This document shows, one piece after another, positions 8,505-19,141 of a stretch of 64,000 nt of DNA. A model generated the notes under the pieces. That model saw only the letters and a program-made list of their open reading frames with translations. It was not told the origin of the DNA and did not search any database. Source of the stretch: a virus. The stretch lies in IMG/VR virus record IMGVR_UViG_3300020185_000011; one strand, 5' to 3'. The translations under genes and the position numbers were made by a program. Numbering within the stretch: the first letter of the stretch is position 1; the number at the start of each line of letters is the position of its first letter.

Positions 8505-9368
8505 ATGCCGACAAATGTATTTTTTAACCATGCAGTTAATACTGAACAGATGTTATATGAAGACATCGTTGTTGAGTCACTTAGGATGTTTGGACACGAG
8601 ACGTATTATCTTCCAAGAGAGATTGTAGAAGAAGACACGATTCTTGGTGAAGATGTGCAGTCTAAATTTGGAGATGCGTACTCAGTAGAGATGTATCTAG
8701 AAAATACAGATGGATTTGAGGGTGATGGAGACCTCATGTCCAAGTTCGGTGTACAAGTAAGAGACCAAGCAACATTCGTTATATCCCTAAGAACATGGGA
8801 ACGATTCATTTCTCTAGATTCAAACCTTACAACATCATTGAGACCCAACGAGGGAGATTTAATTTACTTCCCTATGAGTGGTTCAATGTTTGAAATCAAA
8901 TTCGTAGAACACGAGAACCCATTCTATCAAGTTGGAAAACTATTCGTATTTAAACTACAGTGTGAATTGTTCGAATACAGTGGAGAGGATTTCGATACTG
9001 GAACAGTGGTAGACTTAGTGGAGAATGAACAAGCCTATACAATAGAAATGCAAGTTTCAAATACAAGTGGAGACTTTGTGATTCAAGAAGTTCTTAATTA
9101 TAGTGGAGCTGCAACAGGTGAAGTCATCGGTTGGACACCTGGCCCTACTGGGAATATCCGTAAACTTACTATCAAAGATGTTACTAGAACGCTTGCAGTT
9201 GGTGACACCCTAGTTGGTGCATCAAGTGGTAAGACAGTGGTCATAGAATCGATTACAGATGTGCTAACGTTTGCTAATGACGGTGATGCACAGAATAAAG
9301 ACTTTGAAGACAAGGCAGATGGATACTTAGACTTCTCAGAGACAAACCCATTCGGTGAGGTCACATAA
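8505..9368 (+). CDS. gp14: Neck protein
   Basis: RPNEGDLIYFP, FYQVGK, FSETNPFG; synteny. Confidence 0.9.
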   Translation: MPTNVFFNHAVNTEQMLYEDIVVESLRMFGHETYYLPREIVEEDTILGEDVQSKFGDAYSVEMYLENTDGFEGDGDLMSKFGVQVRDQATFVISLRTWERFISLDSNLTTSLRPNEGDLIYFPMSGSMFEIKFVEHENPFYQVGKLFVFKLQCELFEYSGEDFDTGTVVDLVENEQAYTIEMQVSNTSGDFVIQEVLNYSGAATGEVIGWTPGPTGNIRKLTIKDVTRTLAVGDTLVGASSGKTVVIESITDVLTFANDGDAQNKDFEDKADGYLDFSETNPFGEVT

Positions 9369-10441
9369 TGTTCGGTACCTATTTTTATAATGAAACTTTC
9401 AAACGAGCAGTATCCATTTTTGGAACACTGTTCAATAACATTACAATTAAGAAAACCAAATCAGATGGTACAGTTCTAACAGAACAAAAGGTACCAATAT
9501 CATACGGGCCAAAACAAAAGTTCTTACAAAGACTAGCAGAAGATGCTGACCTTGGTGATGGTATGAGAACTGCAATTAGTATGCCTAGACTTGCATTCGA
9601 ACTTACAGGGTTTGAATATGATGCATCTAGACAACAAAACAAACTAATACGTCATTCTAAATCCGATTTGGAAAGTTCAGATACAGGAAAGAGAGGATTT
9701 CAGTATCAACCAGCACCATATAATTTAACATTTAATCTATCAATTCTTGCAAAGAACATGAATGATGCACTACAAATAGTAGAACAAATACTACCATATT
9801 TCCAACCCGAATATACGGTTACTATGAAGATGATTGATTCTATGACAGACCATAGAGATGTTCCAATTATTCTAAGTACCGTATCAATGGAAGACCAATA
9901 CGAAGGTACGTTCGAAGAAAGACGTGTTATAGAATACACATTGGAGTTTCAGATGAAACTGTACTTCTTCGGCCCAGTATATACTGGTGAAATTATTAAG
10001 AATGTTATCGAAAGAACATACATATCAGACGGAGTGCAAGGACAAGTTAAGACTGCAAGTGGTCTATTCACTACCAGTGAAATAGAAGATAGTGGATTGG
10101 TTAAAGAGGTCAAATCATATGAACCTGCTTTTGCAGCTGTTTCAAATGCAGTATCTTCGTCCACCACAATAACATTCCCAACAGCAATAAATACAAAGAT
10201 AAGTGTAAACGATGAAGTGTTCGGTACTAATTTAGGAACGAATCCAACTATATCCTCTATTGCTGAGGATAGATTGAGTATTGTAGTATCAAGTGCAGTG
10301 ACACTAGATGCAAAAACCAATCTTAAGTTTGTTGGGTCGGTTAATCCCAATGACACCTTTGTTGTTGCAGAGACAGTAACGTTTTATGATGATGGTTCTA
10401 CTAGAAGTTTTGCAGGCGATAGGACTACAGATGCGAGTTAA
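9368..10441 (+). CDS. gp15: Tail sheath stabiliser/terminator
   Basis: FGTLFNNI, VPISYGPKQKFL, QIVEQILPYFQP. Confidence 0.9.
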   Translation: MFGTYFYNETFKRAVSIFGTLFNNITIKKTKSDGTVLTEQKVPISYGPKQKFLQRLAEDADLGDGMRTAISMPRLAFELTGFEYDASRQQNKLIRHSKSDLESSDTGKRGFQYQPAPYNLTFNLSILAKNMNDALQIVEQILPYFQPEYTVTMKMIDSMTDHRDVPIILSTVSMEDQYEGTFEERRVIEYTLEFQMKLYFFGPVYTGEIIKNVIERTYISDGVQGQVKTASGLFTTSEIEDSGLVKEVKSYEPAFAAVSNAVSSSTTITFPTAINTKISVNDEVFGTNLGTNPTISSIAEDRLSIVVSSAVTLDAKTNLKFVGSVNPNDTFVVAETVTFYDDGSTRSFAGDRTTDAS

Positions 10442-10443
10442 TA

Positions 10444-10863
10444 ATGGCAAAAGATACGATAGATAAACAGTTAGATGATATCCTAGATATCAACACTGAA
10501 ATCAAACAAGAGGTAGAGATACTTCCTAAACAACTTCCCACTACTAAAGACAGGGGAGAATCCATAGTAAACGATTACAAATATGCTCGTGAAAACTTGT
10601 ATGGTTTAGTAGAGCGTGGACAAGATGCAATCGATGGTATATTGGATGTTGCAAAAGAAACGGAACATCCACGTGCATACGAAGTTGCTGGGCAGCTTCT
10701 GAAAACAGTCGGTGATACTGCAGAAAAACTTTTAGACCTACAGAAGAAAATTAAAGAATTAGAAAAGGACGAAGAAGGTCAGAAAATTGGTACACAACAC
10801 AATCACCTATACGTAGGTTCAACTTCAGAACTACAAAAGTTTCTAAAAAAGAATAAAGAATAA
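10444..10863 (+). CDS. gp16: Terminase small subunit
   Basis: HPRAYEVAGQL, YVGSTSELQKFL. Confidence 0.9.
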   Translation: MAKDTIDKQLDDILDINTEIKQEVEILPKQLPTTKDRGESIVNDYKYARENLYGLVERGQDAIDGILDVAKETEHPRAYEVAGQLLKTVGDTAEKLLDLQKKIKELEKDEEGQKIGTQHNHLYVGSTSELQKFLKKNKE

Positions 10864-12449
10864 TGGTACAACCAACAAATGAGGGGTACTTAGGTAATAA
10901 TCTCATCAAGAGAGCTGGGATTGATATCCAGTATACTAAAGAAGAACTTGCAGAATACGTCAAGTGTTCTGAAGACCCTTGTCATTTCATTGAAAACTAC
11001 ACACAGATTATCTCACTAGATGAAGGTATGGTGCCATTCAAACTCCGTGGTTATCAAGACAAACTTATAAATCACTACAACACCAATCGATTCAATGTAG
11101 TTCTTGCATCACGTCAGAGTGGTAAGTCAATCACATCATGTGCATACTTATTGTGGTATCTAGTATTTCATCCCGAGGTTACTGTAGCGGTTCTTGCAAA
11201 CAAAGGTGCAATTGCAAGAGAGATGATTGCACGTATTGTTACCATGCTAGAATCAGTTCCATTTTTCCTTCAACCAGGCGTGAAGATTCTTAACAAAGGG
11301 TCAATTGAATTTGCAAATGATAGTAAAGTGGTTGCAGCTGCGACATCTTCAAGTTCGATTCGTGGTATGTCTATTAACTTACTATATCTAGATGAGTTTG
11401 CATTCGTAGAAGACGCTGCAACTTTCTATACTGCAACATATCCAGTGGTAACATCGGGTAAAGAGTCTAAGGTCATCATTACCTCTACTGCAAACGGTGT
11501 TGGTAATATGTTTCATAAAATATATGAGAGTGCAGTACACGGACAATCAGAGTACAAAGACTTTCTTATTAACTGGTTTGATGTGCCAGGCCGAGATGAT
11601 GAATGGAAAGAACAGACTATTGCAAACACATCTGAAGCACAGTTTGAACAAGAGTATGGTAACTCATTCCTAGGAACTGGTAATACTCTTATTAATAGTA
11701 ATACACTATTGGAGATGAAAGCAGTTGACGGAGAGTATGAAAAGGATGGTTTTGTTATGTATGATAGACCAGTAGAAGGTCACGAATACATCTGTACAGT
11801 TGATGTTGCGAAGGGTAGAGGAATGGATTGGTCGACTTTTAGTATATTCGATGTTTCCACACAGCCGTTCAAACAGGTTGCTGTGTATCGAGACAATATG
11901 ATAAGTCCTCTTCTCTTCCCCGATATTATAAATAAGTTTGTAACACCTTACAATAAACCAATTGTAATAATTGAGAATAATAACGAAGGTGCTATGGTGG
12001 CAAATCAATTACACTATGATATCGAGTACGAGAACGTCTTTACTCAAGGTTTTGCAAAAGCAGAAGACATTGGTGTCACAATGTCGAGAAAGATTAAACG
12101 TATCGGTTGTTCTACAATGAAAGAGTTGTTGGAAGAACATAGATTGGAGTTGGTAGATAGACCTACAATCACTGAACTTATGACCTTCATAAATAAAGGT
12201 ACTAGTTTCGAAGCTGATAGAGGTTATCACGATGACATGGTAATGAATGTTGTCATGTTTAGTTGGTTTATCACCACAGAATATTTTTATCACTTGACAG
12301 ATACACAAGTTAAAGACTTGTTATATGCAGAACAACAGAAGATTATTCAAGACGACTTGCTTCCAGCAGGAGTATTTGGAGAACCAACTGAACAGGCTGC
12401 ATCGTTTGTAGACAATGAAGGTGATAGATGGTATCACAAAAACATGTAG
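10863..12449 (+). CDS. gp17: Terminase large subunit
   Basis: Walker A SRQSGKS, YLDEFAF, nuclease motifs DVAKG and HDDMV. Confidence 0.95.
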   Translation: MVQPTNEGYLGNNLIKRAGIDIQYTKEELAEYVKCSEDPCHFIENYTQIISLDEGMVPFKLRGYQDKLINHYNTNRFNVVLASRQSGKSITSCAYLLWYLVFHPEVTVAVLANKGAIAREMIARIVTMLESVPFFLQPGVKILNKGSIEFANDSKVVAAATSSSSIRGMSINLLYLDEFAFVEDAATFYTATYPVVTSGKESKVIITSTANGVGNMFHKIYESAVHGQSEYKDFLINWFDVPGRDDEWKEQTIANTSEAQFEQEYGNSFLGTGNTLINSNTLLEMKAVDGEYEKDGFVMYDRPVEGHEYICTVDVAKGRGMDWSTFSIFDVSTQPFKQVAVYRDNMISPLLFPDIINKFVTPYNKPIVIIENNNEGAMVANQLHYDIEYENVFTQGFAKAEDIGVTMSRKIKRIGCSTMKELLEEHRLELVDRPTITELMTFINKGTSFEADRGYHDDMVMNVVMFSWFITTEYFYHLTDTQVKDLLYAEQQKIIQDDLLPAGVFGEPTEQAASFVDNEGDRWYHKNM

Positions 12450-12485
12450 TAATAGTAATAATGCTATTAGTAGGAAATTAAAAGT

Positions 12486-12493
12486 TATAAATA
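12486..12493 (+). promoter_or_regulatory. T4-type late promoter (gp55). Further TAAATA boxes at 2869, 7377, 7657, 15068, 17749, 20851, 21653, 25506, 29746, 39611, 40179, 47298, 50690, 56357, 56784, 62158
   Basis: TATAAATA consensus upstream of structural genes; gp55 is encoded in the window. Confidence 0.85.
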
Positions 12494-12532
12494 AAACAGT
12501 AAACAACTTTTTACATTAACAGGAGAAAAAGT

Positions 12533-14527
12533 ATGGCATTTCAAGTATCACCAGGCGTACAGGTCAAAGAAGTTGACCTTACAAATGTTGTACCAGCAGT
12601 ATCAAGCACAAGTGGTGCTTTCGCTGGTTCATTTCAATGGGGCCCTGTTGATGAAGTAAAGACAGTTTCAGACGCAAAGGGTTTAGTCGATGAGTTTTCA
12701 GAACCAGCTAATACTAACGCTGGAGCAGAAGACTTCTATTCAGCAGAAGCATTTTTAAGGTATGGTTCATCTTTAAGAGTAGTAAGAGTTAACTCCACAG
12801 GTTTGTTAAGTGCAAACGGTGCTGGGTCAACTGCTTCATTACTTAAAAATCATGACGAATACGTACAATCATATGAGAGTGGAGCTCTCAATGGAACAGT
12901 AGGTCAATGGATTGCAAGATGTCCAGGCGCATTAGGTAACTCAATTAAGGTTTCAGTATGTGCTTCATCCGATGCATATTACAATGATGCAGCGACTACA
13001 ACTAGTGGAGAAGAGGCAGCTGGTCAAACAGTTATTACTCTTGCAGCTGGTGGTGGTGTATTATTGAAAGTAAGAGACATCGTCACATTCGGTGCAGTCA
13101 CACAACAGTACAGAATTACAGCAATCAACACAGACAACATCACAGTCGAAGCATTAAATCAACCAGTAGGAACAGGACTAATTGCTACAGTGGCAAGTGG
13201 AACAGCAGTCAATAGATACTGGGAATTTTATGCATCTTTCGACAAAGCTCCAGGCAAGAGTGCATCTGCACTTGCAGCTGGTGGTTCAAATGACGAAATG
13301 CACGTTGTAGTTGCAGATGAAGATGGAACAATCAGTGGAACACCTCACAGCATCTTAGAAACATATGCATTCGTGTCAATGGCATCAGATGCAAAAGATT
13401 CTGCAAACAATTCAAACTATTATAAGAAAGTAATCGGTAACAAATCTGAATGGGTATACTGGAGTGGACATAATACATCTATTATAACACCAGCAAACCA
13501 AGACAGAACTCACCTAGCATCTGCTACAACATCTTTCTTATTCCCAACATTACCAGCAACTACTTCACTAAGTGGTGGTGCAAATGGAAGAACTCCAACT
13601 GCAGCTCAGAAGTACGGTGCATGGGAAGACCATTTCAAAGATGGGGATTTACATGACATCTCATTCTTGATTGTTGGTTCAACAAGAACTGATAACGGTT
13701 TGGGTGTCGACCAAGATACAATTGCAGACTGGACAACACTTGCTAACCAAGCAGTATTAGTTGCAGAAAATAGAAAGGATTGTATTGCAATCGTTTCTCC
13801 AAGACGTGCAGACGTTGTTGGTGTTACTTCAGAGTCAACACAAGCAACTAACGTCATTACAACTGCAAATACAATGTCTTCAAGTTCATATGCCGTAATC
13901 GACAGCGGTTGGACATACCAGTATGACCGATTCAATGATAAGTACTGTTACGTACCAGCTAATGGTCACACAGCAGGCATCATGGCAAGGTCAGACCTTC
14001 TTAGAGATGCATGGTTCTCACCAGCAGGATTCTCTAGAGGACAATACCTAGGTATCACAAAACTTGCATTCAATCCTTCACAATCATCAAGAGATGACTT
14101 GTACAGAGCAAGAGTTAACCCAGTAGTAACATTCCCAGGCCAAGGTACAATCCTTTATGGTGATAAGACTGCATTAACAAGTCCTTCTGCATTCGACAGA
14201 ATCAATGTAAGAAGACTGTTCATCGTCCTAGAAAAGGCAATATCAACTGCAGCTAAATCACAACTCTTTGAATTCAACGATGCATTCACAAGAGCTCAAT
14301 TTAGAGCAGCTGTTGAACCTTTCTTAAGAGATGTTAAAAACAGAAGAGGACTAGTAGATTTCTCAGTAGTTTGTGACGAAACAAACAACACTGATTCAGT
14401 CATCGATAGAAACGAATTTGTATGTTCTATCTTTGTGAAACCTTCTAGAAGTATTAACTTTATCACTCTTAACTTCGTGGCTGCAAGGTCGGGGGTTGAG
14501 TTTAGTGAAATATATGGTGCAGTTTAA
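12533..14527 (+). CDS. gp18: Tail sheath protein
   Basis: MAFQVSPGVQVKEVDLT, WFSPAG, FDRINVRRLF. Confidence 0.95.
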   Translation: MAFQVSPGVQVKEVDLTNVVPAVSSTSGAFAGSFQWGPVDEVKTVSDAKGLVDEFSEPANTNAGAEDFYSAEAFLRYGSSLRVVRVNSTGLLSANGAGSTASLLKNHDEYVQSYESGALNGTVGQWIARCPGALGNSIKVSVCASSDAYYNDAATTTSGEEAAGQTVITLAAGGGVLLKVRDIVTFGAVTQQYRITAINTDNITVEALNQPVGTGLIATVASGTAVNRYWEFYASFDKAPGKSASALAAGGSNDEMHVVVADEDGTISGTPHSILETYAFVSMASDAKDSANNSNYYKKVIGNKSEWVYWSGHNTSIITPANQDRTHLASATTSFLFPTLPATTSLSGGANGRTPTAAQKYGAWEDHFKDGDLHDISFLIVGSTRTDNGLGVDQDTIADWTTLANQAVLVAENRKDCIAIVSPRRADVVGVTSESTQATNVITTANTMSSSSYAVIDSGWTYQYDRFNDKYCYVPANGHTAGIMARSDLLRDAWFSPAGFSRGQYLGITKLAFNPSQSSRDDLYRARVNPVVTFPGQGTILYGDKTALTSPSAFDRINVRRLFIVLEKAISTAAKSQLFEFNDAFTRAQFRAAVEPFLRDVKNRRGLVDFSVVCDETNNTDSVIDRNEFVCSIFVKPSRSINFITLNFVAARSGVEFSEIYGAV

Positions 14528-14538
14528 GGAGATAAAAC

Positions 14539-15036
14539 ATGGCAACAATAGACCAATTTAAAGCACAACTAGTCGGTGGTGGCCCAAGAGCTAACCGATT
14601 TAGAGTATTCCTACCTAGAGCTGGTAACAATATCGAGTTCATGTGTAAGGGTGCAAACATCCCAGCAGGAACTTTAGGCGAAGTCATCATTCCTTTTAGA
14701 GGACATAACCTTAAACTAGCAGGAGAACGTACTTTTGCAGACTGGTCAATAACCATCATCAATGACATGGAATTTTCAGCAAGAACTGCTCTAGAAGCAT
14801 GGCAGACTGAAATTCAAGCAATGGACAGTGGTGAAGGTGCTACAACAACGGACTACTTATTAAGTAGAGCATTTGTAGAACAGTTAAACAAAGACGACTC
14901 TGTACTAGCGAGATATGAGTTCTTCAACATGTTCCCTAAAAACATCGGTGAAATAACATTAGGTTATGACACAGTAGATGCAGTAGAGGAATTTACAGTT
15001 GATTTGACCTTCTCTCACTGGGAAAGAGTTCTTTAA
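14539..15036 (+). CDS. gp19: Tail tube protein
   Basis: GGGPRANRF, AGERTFADW; synteny. Confidence 0.9.
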   Translation: MATIDQFKAQLVGGGPRANRFRVFLPRAGNNIEFMCKGANIPAGTLGEVIIPFRGHNLKLAGERTFADWSITIINDMEFSARTALEAWQTEIQAMDSGEGATTTDYLLSRAFVEQLNKDDSVLARYEFFNMFPKNIGEITLGYDTVDAVEEFTVDLTFSHWERVL

Positions 15037-15078
15037 GAACAGTGAATAACACCACTTTAAGGTGGTATAAATAATAGT

Positions 15079-16617
15079 ATGGAATTTTTAGGATTTGAAA
15101 TATCCCGTAAAAGGGATGAACTAAGAGCGAAGGAGTTGCCGAAGGCACCTTCTTTCGTTCCACCAGTTGACGATGACGGTACGCCCGTCATTCAACAACA
15201 AAGTGGTTTCGTGGGTGGTGGAGCATACGGTGCTTACATCGACATGGAAGGTGGTATCAAGAATGAGGCAGAACTCATTCGTAGATATCGTGAAGTATCT
15301 TTGGTGCCAGAATGTGATTCTGCAATCGAAGATATAGTTAATGAGTGTATCACATCGGATAGTTCTGATAGGATAGTCACACTCGACCTCAGAGATGTTA
15401 AACTCTCTGATAGTATCAAAACAAAGATACAAAACGAGTTTTACAACATCCTATCAATGATGAAGTTCAATCAGAACTCTCATGAAATTTTCCGAAAATG
15501 GTACGTAGATGGAAGGGTATACTTCCATAAGGTCGTTAACGCTAAAAATCCTAAAGGCGGAATAGTAGATTTAAGAAACATTGACCCTATTAAAATTAAG
15601 AAGGTCAGAAACATTGAGAAAGAAAGAGACCCCAAGACTAAGGTCGAAAGGATTTCTAAGATAGAAGAGTTTTTCGTTTTCAATGATAAGGGATTTGATA
15701 AATCCAGTGCAGCTGAAGGAAACACTGTACGAATTGCACCCGAGGCAGTTACATATACGACTTCGGGATTACTTGACTACACTAAGAATGTAGTCATCGG
15801 GTATCTGCACAAGGCATTGAAGACTGCAAATCAGTTATCAATGATGGAAGATGCACTTGTTATCTATAGGATATCAAGAGCTCCCGAAAGAAGAATATTC
15901 TACATTGACGTAGGTAACCTTCCAAAGGCAAAGGCAGAACAGTATCTTGCTGATGTAATGAACCGATACAAGAACAAGTTGGTTTATAATGCAGATACAG
16001 GTGAAATCAAAGATGATAGAAAACATATGAGTATGTTAGAAGATTTTTGGTTACCTAGAAGAGAAGGTGGTAGAGGAACAGAGATTACTACATTGCCAGG
16101 CGGACAAAACCTAGCAGATATAGATGATATAGAATACTTTAAGAAGAAGTTATATCAGTCTCTTAATGTACCATCATCTAGAATGGAAGCAGACAATGGG
16201 TTTAACATGGGTCGTGCTTCAGAGATTTCTAGAGATGAACTTAAGTTTAATAAGTTCACAAACAGACTTCAGAAGAAGTTTGGAAGAGTTTTTACAGATA
16301 TTCTTAAGACACAATTAGTACTTAAGGAAATTGTAACAGGAGAAGAGTTCGATAAATTCAAGGACTTTCTCTTGTATGATTATGCAACCGACAACCATTT
16401 TACAGAGTTGAAGGATGCAGAAATTTTAAGAGAGAGACTAGATACTCTCTCACAGGCAGCTGACTATGTTGGTAAATACTATTCAGACGAGTATGTTAGA
16501 AAGTATATACTGAGACAGACAGAAGAAGATATCCGTATCATTGACCAACAGATTAAAGATGAAGGTGGCAATGAAGATGGTGGTAACGAAGACGATGACG
16601 ACTTCGGTGGTTTTTAG
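15079..16617 (+). CDS. gp20: Portal protein
   Basis: RAPERRIFYIDVGNLPK, EDFWLPRREGGRGTEITTLPGG. Confidence 0.95.
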   Translation: MEFLGFEISRKRDELRAKELPKAPSFVPPVDDDGTPVIQQQSGFVGGGAYGAYIDMEGGIKNEAELIRRYREVSLVPECDSAIEDIVNECITSDSSDRIVTLDLRDVKLSDSIKTKIQNEFYNILSMMKFNQNSHEIFRKWYVDGRVYFHKVVNAKNPKGGIVDLRNIDPIKIKKVRNIEKERDPKTKVERISKIEEFFVFNDKGFDKSSAAEGNTVRIAPEAVTYTTSGLLDYTKNVVIGYLHKALKTANQLSMMEDALVIYRISRAPERRIFYIDVGNLPKAKAEQYLADVMNRYKNKLVYNADTGEIKDDRKHMSMLEDFWLPRREGGRGTEITTLPGGQNLADIDDIEYFKKKLYQSLNVPSSRMEADNGFNMGRASEISRDELKFNKFTNRLQKKFGRVFTDILKTQLVLKEIVTGEEFDKFKDFLLYDYATDNHFTELKDAEILRERLDTLSQAADYVGKYYSDEYVRKYILRQTEEDIRIIDQQIKDEGGNEDGGNEDDDDFGGF

Positions 16618-16626
16618 GAGTAAATT

Positions 16627-16803
16627 ATGAGTAGTGAAATATCAAAACAAATCGTTGACCAAATAGAAGCAGGTCAACTTGAAGCTGCAAAAGGTTCTAT
16701 CGGTGATGGAATTAAGAAAGCAGCTGCAGATGCAGTAGACATGAAGAGAGTTAATGCTCAAGTCGACTGGATGAATACACCACAGGAACCTACAGGAGAG
16801 TAA
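16627..16803 (+). CDS. Small prohead core protein (gp67-like position), 58 aa, absent from the ORF track
   Basis: AGGAG SD, ATG 16627, MSSEISKQIVDQIEAG...; lies between portal and protease. Confidence 0.6.
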   Translation: MSSEISKQIVDQIEAGQLEAAKGSIGDGIKKAAADAVDMKRVNAQVDWMNTPQEPTGE

Positions 16804-16804
16804 G

Positions 16805-17113
16805 GTGAAGTCATTTAGAACAGTACAATCTGAGTTGAACGAGGCAAAACTAAAATTGCCTAGTGGTTCAAAGGAGCTCAAGGTTGATGTTTTAAAGATT
16901 GGTGGAAAGAAAGTTTCAGTTTCTTTTGTACAGAATAAAAGAAATAAAGTAGATGTTTATATGGATGGGAATTTGTTTAGTGGTGATTCACCTTACAAAG
17001 ATTTGAAATCTGCTGAAAAAGAGATGAAAGACATTAGAAAGATTATGTCAAACATGTCTGAAGAAGGAATAAACATAGAGGAAATAATACATGAAATTAA
17101 TATCAGAGTATAA
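16805..17113 (+). CDS. Putative prohead core protein (gp68-like position)
   Basis: GTG start with AGGAG SD; N-terminus MKSF...LNEA resembles gp21-processed head proteins. Confidence 0.5.
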   Translation: MKSFRTVQSELNEAKLKLPSGSKELKVDVLKIGGKKVSVSFVQNKRNKVDVYMDGNLFSGDSPYKDLKSAEKEMKDIRKIMSNMSEEGINIEEIIHEINIRV

Positions 17114-17744
17114 CGATTATCAAATGACACCAGTTGTCATTGAAGAAAACGCAAAGGGACAGAAGGAATACTTCATCGAAGGTGTTTTCATGCAGTCTGA
17201 AATTAAGAACCGTAACGGCCGTGTATATCCTAAAGAGATAATGGAAAAAGAAGTAAACCGTTACAGAAAAGAATTCGTTGAGAAAGATAGAGCATTTGGA
17301 GAACTCGGACATCCCGAGGGCCCGACTATTAATCTTGACAAAGTGTCACACTTAATCACATCTTTAGAAGAAGATGGTAACAATTATGTGGGACGTGCAA
17401 AGATTTTGAGCACACCAAACGGTCAAATCGTAAGAAATTTGATTGATGACGGTGCCAAACTAGGAGTATCATCTAGAGGATTAGGTTCCTTGGAAGAAAA
17501 AGGTGGAGCTCAATACGTGAAAGGGGACTTTCAATTAGCAACAGCAGCCGATATAGTTGCAGACCCTTCTGCACCCGAGGCCTTCGTTGAAGGTATATAC
17601 GAAGGTGTAGAGTGGATTATGTCTAATGGTATATTGAAAGCAGTTGATTCAGAGCAGATGCGAACCGAATTAAGGGGTGCAAAACTGAATAAATTGGAAG
17701 AAACCAAGTTAAATCTATGGAAAAGGTTTGTTGAAAGCCTATAA
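17091..17744 (+). CDS. gp21: Prohead protease
   Basis: NRNGRVYP, GELGHP, GVSSRGLGS, DIVADPSAP. Confidence 0.95.
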   Translation: MKLISEYNDYQMTPVVIEENAKGQKEYFIEGVFMQSEIKNRNGRVYPKEIMEKEVNRYRKEFVEKDRAFGELGHPEGPTINLDKVSHLITSLEEDGNNYVGRAKILSTPNGQIVRNLIDDGAKLGVSSRGLGSLEEKGGAQYVKGDFQLATAADIVADPSAPEAFVEGIYEGVEWIMSNGILKAVDSEQMRTELRGAKLNKLEETKLNLWKRFVESL

Positions 17745-17782
17745 CATATAAATAAAAAAGTAAACTCAAACAGGAGAAAAAC

Positions 17783-19123
17783 ATGGCAGAGTTAGAAAAT
17801 AACCTAGAAAGTACAGAAGTAGAAGTTTCTGAAGAGAAGCAACCTACAGACGGTGCTCAAAAAGGTGACGCGAAACCTGTTAAGCAAGGTTCATCAGATG
17901 CCGAGAAAATCGAAAGCGGTAAAGCTGAAGTCGTCAAACCCGAAGAAAATCCTGTTGACAAAGCAGTTGATGCACAAAAGAAAGCAGAGAATGTGAAACC
18001 AGTTAGTGGTGATGCACATCAAAAGAATGCTGGAAAAGGTGACAGTCAACCTAAACTTGCAAAAGTTTCAGAAGAAGAAGAGTCTAAAGATGTTGTTAAG
18101 GCAACAAAAATGGAATCAATCAAAGCTATCGTCAACAACATGAAGGAAATGACTAAGGAAGAACTTCAAAGTAGATTCAGTTCTATTTCAGAAGACGAAG
18201 TTGACGAGACCTTGACTAAAGCAGAAGTAGCTAGAAAAATTGTAGAATCACTAAAGTCTATGGACGAAGAAGCAGTTGCAGAACTTGCTGAAAAGTGGTC
18301 TGAAAAGGAAGAAGAGGAAGAAGAAGTCAAAGAGGAAATCGTTGACGAAGAAACTTCTGCAGAGCTCGAAGCAAACCTAGTCGAGATTGAAGTAGAAGAC
18401 GACCTATCTAAAATCTCTGAAGCACTAGACCTTTCAGAAGAAAGTGCTGAGAAAGCAAGAACTATCTTCAAGGCTGCAGTCTCATCTAAAGTAGAAGAGA
18501 TTAAAGAGTCTTTAGAAACCCAATATTCAGAAGAATTAAAATCCTCAGTGGAAAAAGTCAAAGCTGACCTCGCAGAAGGCGTTGACAAATATCTTTCATA
18601 TGTTGCAGACGAGTGGACGAAAGAAAACGAACTTGCAATAGAAAGAGGATTGAGAGCAGAGATGACAGAGAACTTCATCGATGGTTTGAAAACATTGTTC
18701 ACAGAACACTATGTTGACGTGCCAGAAGATAAGTACAACGTTATCGATGAACTCGCAAATCGTCTCGATGAGATGGAGCAAAAGCTTGATGGTGAAGTCA
18801 GTAAAAATATTGATATCACAGAAGAGTTAGATGCCCTCAAGAGAAGTAACGTGGTTAAGGCAGCTGGTGACAGTTTGTCCGAGTCACAAAAAGAGAAGCT
18901 AGAATCATTATCTAATGGTGTAGACTTCAAAGATGAAGCAGACTTCGCTGAGAAGATTGCAGAAATCGCTGAAGCTTACTTTCCAAAAGAAAGTGATAAA
19001 CTAGTTGAGGATACTATTGTAGAAGAAGGAACAGGGGAACTTGATGAAAAGAAAGAACCACTACTTGCTCCCGACATGCAACAGTACACTCAAGCAATAA
19101 CTAAACTAAAACCATTAGGTTAA
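17783..19123 (+). CDS. gp22: Prohead scaffold
   Basis: Acidic coiled coil, VDKYLSYVADEW..ENELAIE; synteny. Confidence 0.9.
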   Translation: MAELENNLESTEVEVSEEKQPTDGAQKGDAKPVKQGSSDAEKIESGKAEVVKPEENPVDKAVDAQKKAENVKPVSGDAHQKNAGKGDSQPKLAKVSEEEESKDVVKATKMESIKAIVNNMKEMTKEELQSRFSSISEDEVDETLTKAEVARKIVESLKSMDEEAVAELAEKWSEKEEEEEEVKEEIVDEETSAELEANLVEIEVEDDLSKISEALDLSEESAEKARTIFKAAVSSKVEEIKESLETQYSEELKSSVEKVKADLAEGVDKYLSYVADEWTKENELAIERGLRAEMTENFIDGLKTLFTEHYVDVPEDKYNVIDELANRLDEMEQKLDGEVSKNIDITEELDALKRSNVVKAAGDSLSESQKEKLESLSNGVDFKDEADFAEKIAEIAEAYFPKESDKLVEDTIVEEGTGELDEKKEPLLAPDMQQYTQAITKLKPLG

Positions 19124-19141
19124 ATTTAAAGGAAAAATAAA